Positions 60,201-64,000 of a stretch of 64,000 bases of DNA are shown here, in pieces (within the stretch, counting starts at the first letter, position 1; every line of letters begins with the position of its first letter). The notes under the pieces are model-generated. The model was not told where the DNA came from, did no database searches, and worked only from the letters and a program-made list of their open reading frames with translations. Both the position numbers and the translations under genes were made by a program. Origin of the DNA: a virus; the IMG/VR virus record IMGVR_UViG_3300043419_002586; one strand, given 5' to 3'.

Positions 60201-60964
60201 TTATCATTAGCATCATTATTAACAACAGCTAGTAAAGCAGTTTCTAATTGGTCGTGATTTAGATTCCCTTTATTCTCTAATGTATTGTGGCTTATTGAAG
60301 GTAATCTAGACGAATCAAGTACACCTGATGTTATTTTAGAAGCATTTATAAAACCAATATTTTCGCCTGTTATTTGGTTCTTAACTTCGGATGATAAATC
60401 TATAGGTGAAGGATTACCTGTCCCACCAATATGTTTGTGATTTTTTATAAGATATGAAAGAGATGAGAATAAAGTTATATCTTGTCTATTAGTTTCAAAA
60501 AGATTTATTAAGTTACTAGCTACATCAATTTCTAGATAACCCAAAGAAATATAATTTACAGGATCGTTAATTTGTGTAAGAGATGCAATAAAATCAACAT
60601 CCCCTGTGACAGCTGTATTTGAATTTTCGTATGCATAAACATAAACTTTAGATATTCCAACAGTGCTTGGAATTGTTGGTAGAGATACATCTTTGGAAGC
60701 TATTGTATTTCCAGCTTTATAAGATACAAATCCTTTACCTGAAGAAATTGAAATTTTTGTTAGTTTGAATTCGTTTGAGTAAGTTTGAATACGCCAAGAT
60801 GGAGTTGATGGATTTTCTTCAATAATACCATTCTTGAAAATTTGATACAGATTGTACATTTGATTTTCAATAGCTTTAAAACGAAGCTCATCTAAATCAA
60901 TGTTTTCTGAAAGATCTTGGTTTGGTTCAATATATCCAAACCCATAAATTGGTGTATTTCCCAT
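57299..60964 (-). CDS. Virion fibre/baseplate protein; N-terminal region paralogous to the 2860-aa protein; C-terminal propeller
   Basis: HKHIGG..IDL, ASKITSGVL..RLP, NHL-like IICDSKNDRII and FHPKGM repeats. Confidence 0.7.
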   Translation of the reverse strand: MGNTPIYGFGYIEPNQDLSENIDLDELRFKAIENQMYNLYQIFKNGIIEENPSTPSWRIQTYSNEFKLTKISISSGKGFVSYKAGNTIASKDVSLPTIPSTVGISKVYVYAYENSNTAVTGDVDFIASLTQINDPVNYISLGYLEIDVASNLINLFETNRQDITLFSSLSYLIKNHKHIGGTGNPSPIDLSSEVKNQITGENIGFINASKITSGVLDSSRLPSISHNTLENKGNLNHDQLETALLAVVNNDANDKMSDLSIANRLQMLIALKKSGGVGFTFIDSTQINTLTYVPGIYPNTSANSSTGNSANFKETSSVPSQYTLATIYDSSPNTSGSGISGSVTSSSFVGDKSFVVQNDFLQAKTVASSLGSTINNFFSNISISGSATTGSFTIDTPLNYLTLSQPVSSIFDTTGSWDTGLVFTTTYASNKVKVDTSLYAYTLFNQPISLDFDSKVGFGFSAGLGETGAALGKIYMFLVVGNGNTDPGLQYDQKIDFAPNTGTGSSTIYISPATNVKIFDDTTYGFIGSSATYSSVNLSDFGDVSLKSSVLGFGFYFSTDQGWNAEKQTKFELITPTDSQINSSGNNDNLVLARRNSIDQTSAVFVWNDAYKYKNANFLLRFDSGDLNTQFNQIQYDIDVPSGTKYTIQSRSDVSSDLFYNFKTLSETDIIIASPNTSSSTGRYFDVLFSLYANEFQSSAPVVNNLRINYSTVGSATTRTYDRNFTNTSNQKFGWVSDVYYNKNAGYGITNPDDTNYLKIYDTSNVGNWVYLRNNNLISAANNVLENTIEDGIDNGTLRNYLTPNQIFLKSTNYGLDTPTDYQALSTGGNIICDSKNDRIIMTDIDGVFTKIIQGNIRLKLTSRDFVALSASFNPDTRKIFIAFSQNISFVDLSKIYVTYDNISVRGDDTRLSGDYLDPIFDSSATYVFTIKDTVEGLALNTAIKNSLTKKVRLDKGCFTNSGFSLNTNNALSATIPSSNVSSINRTQQFVAGISTSITGTSSVTTGLPTTQSVVNSITDYNGDGVVSTTTMYGPNSQTDDVILDLLQGPIYFANIYNPLSVQYDEVRSLIVISQPHSNSVLCYSNNLTLDLKWAITSDIVKYYDNKLGSAYLLENGNVLLGSPAFDSNDTGKLQVYNVSNGYIETKLTFNNDVVKALPGPATDNSNFYVLTDDVINFGANSRLHLVNNSGAILSTWGDNNELFHPKGMRIISNDNILVSE

Positions 60965-61191
60965 TACTTAGTTTCTTGTGGTTTATATTCAGAAGTTACT
61001 TTTTCTACGCCCCAGTTTGCATAACCCCAGCGTAAAACATCTTGCTCTTCTATTATATTATTTTTATTGACATTAATAACTTGTAAAGCTTGAGTTACAT
61101 TTGACCTTAAAGTCAAACCGCTTTGCATATTAATTGTATTTTGCCTAATTTGATCATTTATTACAAAAGACAAAGATTGAAATAATGGCAT
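60964..61191 (-). CDS. Small structural-region protein
   Basis: 75 aa, coupled on both sides, RWGYANWG. Confidence 0.55.
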   Translation of the reverse strand: MPLFQSLSFVINDQIRQNTINMQSGLTLRSNVTQALQVINVNKNNIIEEQDVLRWGYANWGVEKVTSEYKPQETK

Positions 61192-64000
61192 TTACATTCC
61201 TCCTAAAGAAATTGGCATATTTGTTCCTCTAACTTGAGCAGTAATCAAGTTGTTAGCTTTATCATAGCTATAATCAACAGATTGATAAACATATTTATCT
61301 GTTGAATTAACTGTCTGTCCTTGAAACACATTGATCATAAACTTGCCGTGAAAATTTAAGGGTTTGGCAACATAACAATTAAAAGAAATTGAACTAATAG
61401 GAGTTTTTGAAACTAATTCAATACTATCTGTAATTCTTTTTAAAACTTGTTGATCAGGAATTTCGTTTCTTTGCATTGACCACATAATGTATTTTTTGAA
61501 TCCGACATATGGTGGTTGTGAAGCATTGAAAGGAGCGTTTTGTAAATATCCTAATAAATCTACCTGAGATTGTATTGGTAAATTAGCGATAGAAACGGAG
61601 CCAGGAGAATATCTTTCGTCAGCCAAGAATCCAGTCATTGCTACACCAAATACTCTCACTCCTGATGCTAAGTTTTTAGTATCAGTGTTTATCTGATATT
61701 CATCTACTAAGAGACCGTGTATGTCATTTTGAAAATTTGCAAGATAATTTGTTGTGTTAGATGCGTTACTATTAAAAATATAAGCAGTACCAGCAGAAGA
61801 TAATCCAGTAAATTTTAAATCATTATCAACAAAATTATTTCTGCATTCAAGCTTGAATCCATATCTTTCAGCCCATCTAAAAGTAGGTAAAGAATAAGGA
61901 TTATTTAATCTTTCAAGTAATTTTCCTAGTTTTTCATATATTCTATCTAAAGGATTGAGCTTTATTAAATCCTGGTTGTTTACAGAGTTACTATTCAATC
62001 TTAGGTCTATTCCATAAATTGAACCGCCATTTGCTAAATCGGCATTATTACGAGAATAAAAAGACCAAAATCCTGTGCAAGCCATAACTGAGTCAATAGC
62101 AAGGTCATGTCGCATACCAGCGATCATCATATTTTTATCAAAATACAAATTTTCTAAAACAAATGATGCAATATCTGTACATTCGATTGTAAATGTACTA
62201 TCATTGCCTTTTCTTGAATATCTTGTGTTTGTAATAAAACCTTGAAAATATGGATACAAACTACCTTGAACATATCCAGCATCTATAGAAACTACAAGTA
62301 AGTTATTTTCAATTGCATTTATAAATTTTTGACCATCTAATGAATCAATATTCTTAAGTGTTATTGATGCAGTTTTTTTAATTTTTGATAAATTAGATAA
62401 TTCTGCTACACAATTTACACTCCAAGTTTCCACCCAAGAAGTGATATCTCCAACATCATAAAAAAGTTGACTTAATTGGGGGTTGACAAATTTATAATCA
62501 GTTGCATTTGAGCTTCCACTACCTAAGTCTGGGAATACAGTTGCTAGTACTCCAGGATGCGGAATTTCTACCTGTAAAAATGCTGGACCTTCTATTGTGC
62601 AATTGTATAAAAGCTTAAATAAAAGAGTTTGTCTATCAGGGTCAGCACTTGATGAAGATGGCGATGTGTATTCAGTAATATTTGCAAATTGAGGACCAGA
62701 TAATCTTAAGTCAGCAAAATATGAAATATTCTTATCTTTTGGATTGTCATCATTATAGCCAGTAGTTTGTGGCGATTGATTAATTCTATAAGATGACTTC
62801 TCAAATGAATCTTTAACAACTCGTAAAAATGAAACTATGTCAGGAATTTTTTTCTTAGAATACTTAAATTCTGCTGTTAAATAGTTTTTTGTCTTTAGTC
62901 TTGGCTGATTGTTATTAAAATTATTAAATATAATTGCTGAATATCTAAACTTAAGATTTGTATTTGATAATGATATTTCTACAAAAGTTTCTGGTGGGCA
63001 AAAAACCTCTCTACCACTAAAATTAATTACAGTGTTCCATCTAGTGATATCGGGACTAAAACCAATCAATAAATTTGGACCTACAAAATGAACATAGATA
63101 TCATAAGAGCCCATATTTGTCTTATCAAATACAGGTGCTATCAAATCTGTCTGAGTTATGTATGCTTTGCTATAAGGATCATATATTTTTAAGACTGGCT
63201 TGCTATCAATCTTAAATTCTATAAAAAAATCATTGATAAAATTATTATTTGCAACTTGTGGTTTTACTGCAATTTTTATAGCTGATGAAGTTTGTTGCAT
63301 ATTACTTACAGAAAAATTTATGTGAAAACCATTATTACCATTACTGCCTCTTGCTAAAATTGGCTCTGAGGTCCCATCTGGATTAAAAATAAAAGCATCA
63401 TTTTGATACACAGCATCATAAGAGGTTGGAAATATTCTTCTTATAGTAGTATTAGTTTTTTCTGATGTAACTTCAACTTGAGACCCACTAGAAGGATCTT
63501 TCACAGTTCTAAGTGTCCCAGTGTTTGCTCCTGAAATAGCTGGACCAATGTACTTATAAGCGTTAGTTGTACCGTCAATTATATGCCAAATATTGTAGGT
63601 AGTTAATACATTTCCAGCATTTACAAATGGGATTCTTGGAACGTGTTGAGATAAATCTGTAAAACTTTCAGATTGAGAACTTACAGATCCTTGCGTAGGG
63701 CTATCTACAAAAACTGGACTGTATCCAGTTGATGGACCTTTTAATCTATTCAATACTGGATCTACTTCACCTGGAACAATTGCACCAAAAGCAAATGTAC
63801 AAGATGATGCACTTATTGATGTGTTGATTTCTGGAATTCTTGCATTTTGTAAAGAAGATAAAACTTTTAATCTAGTGCTATATTTTGATTCAGTATTTCC
63901 ATTTGAATAAGTGTACGAGGGTTCAAAATCATAATTTAAAACGTTTAAATTGTCTTGAGACTTTGTAGCTGTAGAAGCCGAATATTCTCCAGAAAAAAAT
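61192..64000 (-). CDS. Baseplate hub/tail-tip-like protein, 5' end beyond the window
   Basis: Frame stays open from 63753 to the window edge; SIDAGY..YFQGFITN..FTIECTD resembles hub (gp27/Tal-like) proteins. Confidence 0.6.
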   Translation of the reverse strand, partial: FFSGEYSASTATKSQDNLNVLNYDFEPSYTYSNGNTESKYSTRLKVLSSLQNARIPEINTSISASSCTFAFGAIVPGEVDPVLNRLKGPSTGYSPVFVDSPTQGSVSSQSESFTDLSQHVPRIPFVNAGNVLTTYNIWHIIDGTTNAYKYIGPAISGANTGTLRTVKDPSSGSQVEVTSEKTNTTIRRIFPTSYDAVYQNDAFIFNPDGTSEPILARGSNGNNGFHINFSVSNMQQTSSAIKIAVKPQVANNNFINDFFIEFKIDSKPVLKIYDPYSKAYITQTDLIAPVFDKTNMGSYDIYVHFVGPNLLIGFSPDITRWNTVINFSGREVFCPPETFVEISLSNTNLKFRYSAIIFNNFNNNQPRLKTKNYLTAEFKYSKKKIPDIVSFLRVVKDSFEKSSYRINQSPQTTGYNDDNPKDKNISYFADLRLSGPQFANITEYTSPSSSSADPDRQTLLFKLLYNCTIEGPAFLQVEIPHPGVLATVFPDLGSGSSNATDYKFVNPQLSQLFYDVGDITSWVETWSVNCVAELSNLSKIKKTASITLKNIDSLDGQKFINAIENNLLVVSIDAGYVQGSLYPYFQGFITNTRYSRKGNDSTFTIECTDIASFVLENLYFDKNMMIAGMRHDLAIDSVMACTGFWSFYSRNNADLANGGSIYGIDLRLNSNSVNNQDLIKLNPLDRIYEKLGKLLERLNNPYSLPTFRWAERYGFKLECRNNFVDNDLKFTGLSSAGTAYIFNSNASNTTNYLANFQNDIHGLLVDEYQINTDTKNLASGVRVFGVAMTGFLADERYSPGSVSIANLPIQSQVDLLGYLQNAPFNASQPPYVGFKKYIMWSMQRNEIPDQQVLKRITDSIELVSKTPISSISFNCYVAKPLNFHGKFMINVFQGQTVNSTDKYVYQSVDYSYDKANNLITAQVRGTNMPISLGGM

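Noticed and set aside
1-64000. Stop-codon reassignment, as in some huge phages
   Set aside because: Genes are full length under the standard code; TAG (9280, 10723, 16563, 22824), TGA and TAA all end genes at sensible positions
1-64000. Bacterial chromosome origin, given gyrBA, dnaK, dnaJ and clpX
   Set aside because: Bacterial operon context is missing (no dnaA/dnaN/recF, grpE/hrcA, clpP/tig), the genes are divergent, and they are interleaved with virion genes and orphans
1-64000. CRISPR array, tRNAs, IS elements, diversity-generating retroelement
   Set aside because: I saw no spaced direct repeats, cloverleafs, transposase or reverse transcriptase; intergenic gaps are mostly too short (manual inspection only)

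Overview
AT-rich, densely packed segment of what is most likely a jumbo/huge tailed phage genome using the standard genetic code. It holds (i) a large virion-structural region: giant 1941, 2860, 1282, 505, 988, 1451, 1221 and >853 aa fibre/baseplate-like proteins, plus a pair of tail-tube-like paralogues and small virion proteins; (ii) host-like maintenance genes: gyrB-gyrA, ClpX, PIN-PhoH, DnaK, DnaJ, a second J-protein, a UvsW/SSL2-like helicase, a macrodomain, MerC-like and DUF151-like genes; (iii) three unrelated serine proteases in tandem (S8, S26, trypsin/HtrA-like), followed by DnaJ and a holin-like gene. The best candidate for an undescribed system is a shared peptide tag on about 8 otherwise unrelated proteins, including the trypsin-like protease. 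It has a short hydrophobic-hydrophobic-[K/R]-x-[A/S] motif and a longer KxAxxL[D/E]xxGxxxxxD helix, and it looks like a head-targeting/propeptide-cleavage signal. Several of these genes sit behind a recurrent AGG-N19/20-(G)AAT promoter-like motif, whereas non-structural genes have gTATAAT-type and often leaderless promoters. Other notable items are a predicted GrpE-independent DnaK, a ClpX with a rewired pore loop, a PVC-type GyrA lacking the quinolone-bridge residues, a GyrB ATPase-domain insertion, SwmB/PA14/vWA adhesin domains in virion proteins, a permuted MuF-like Zn motif and an unannotated 23-aa ORF behind a hairpin. All family assignments come from motif recognition by eye; no searches were run. 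I recognised no capsid, portal, terminase, tRNA or CRISPR array in the window.
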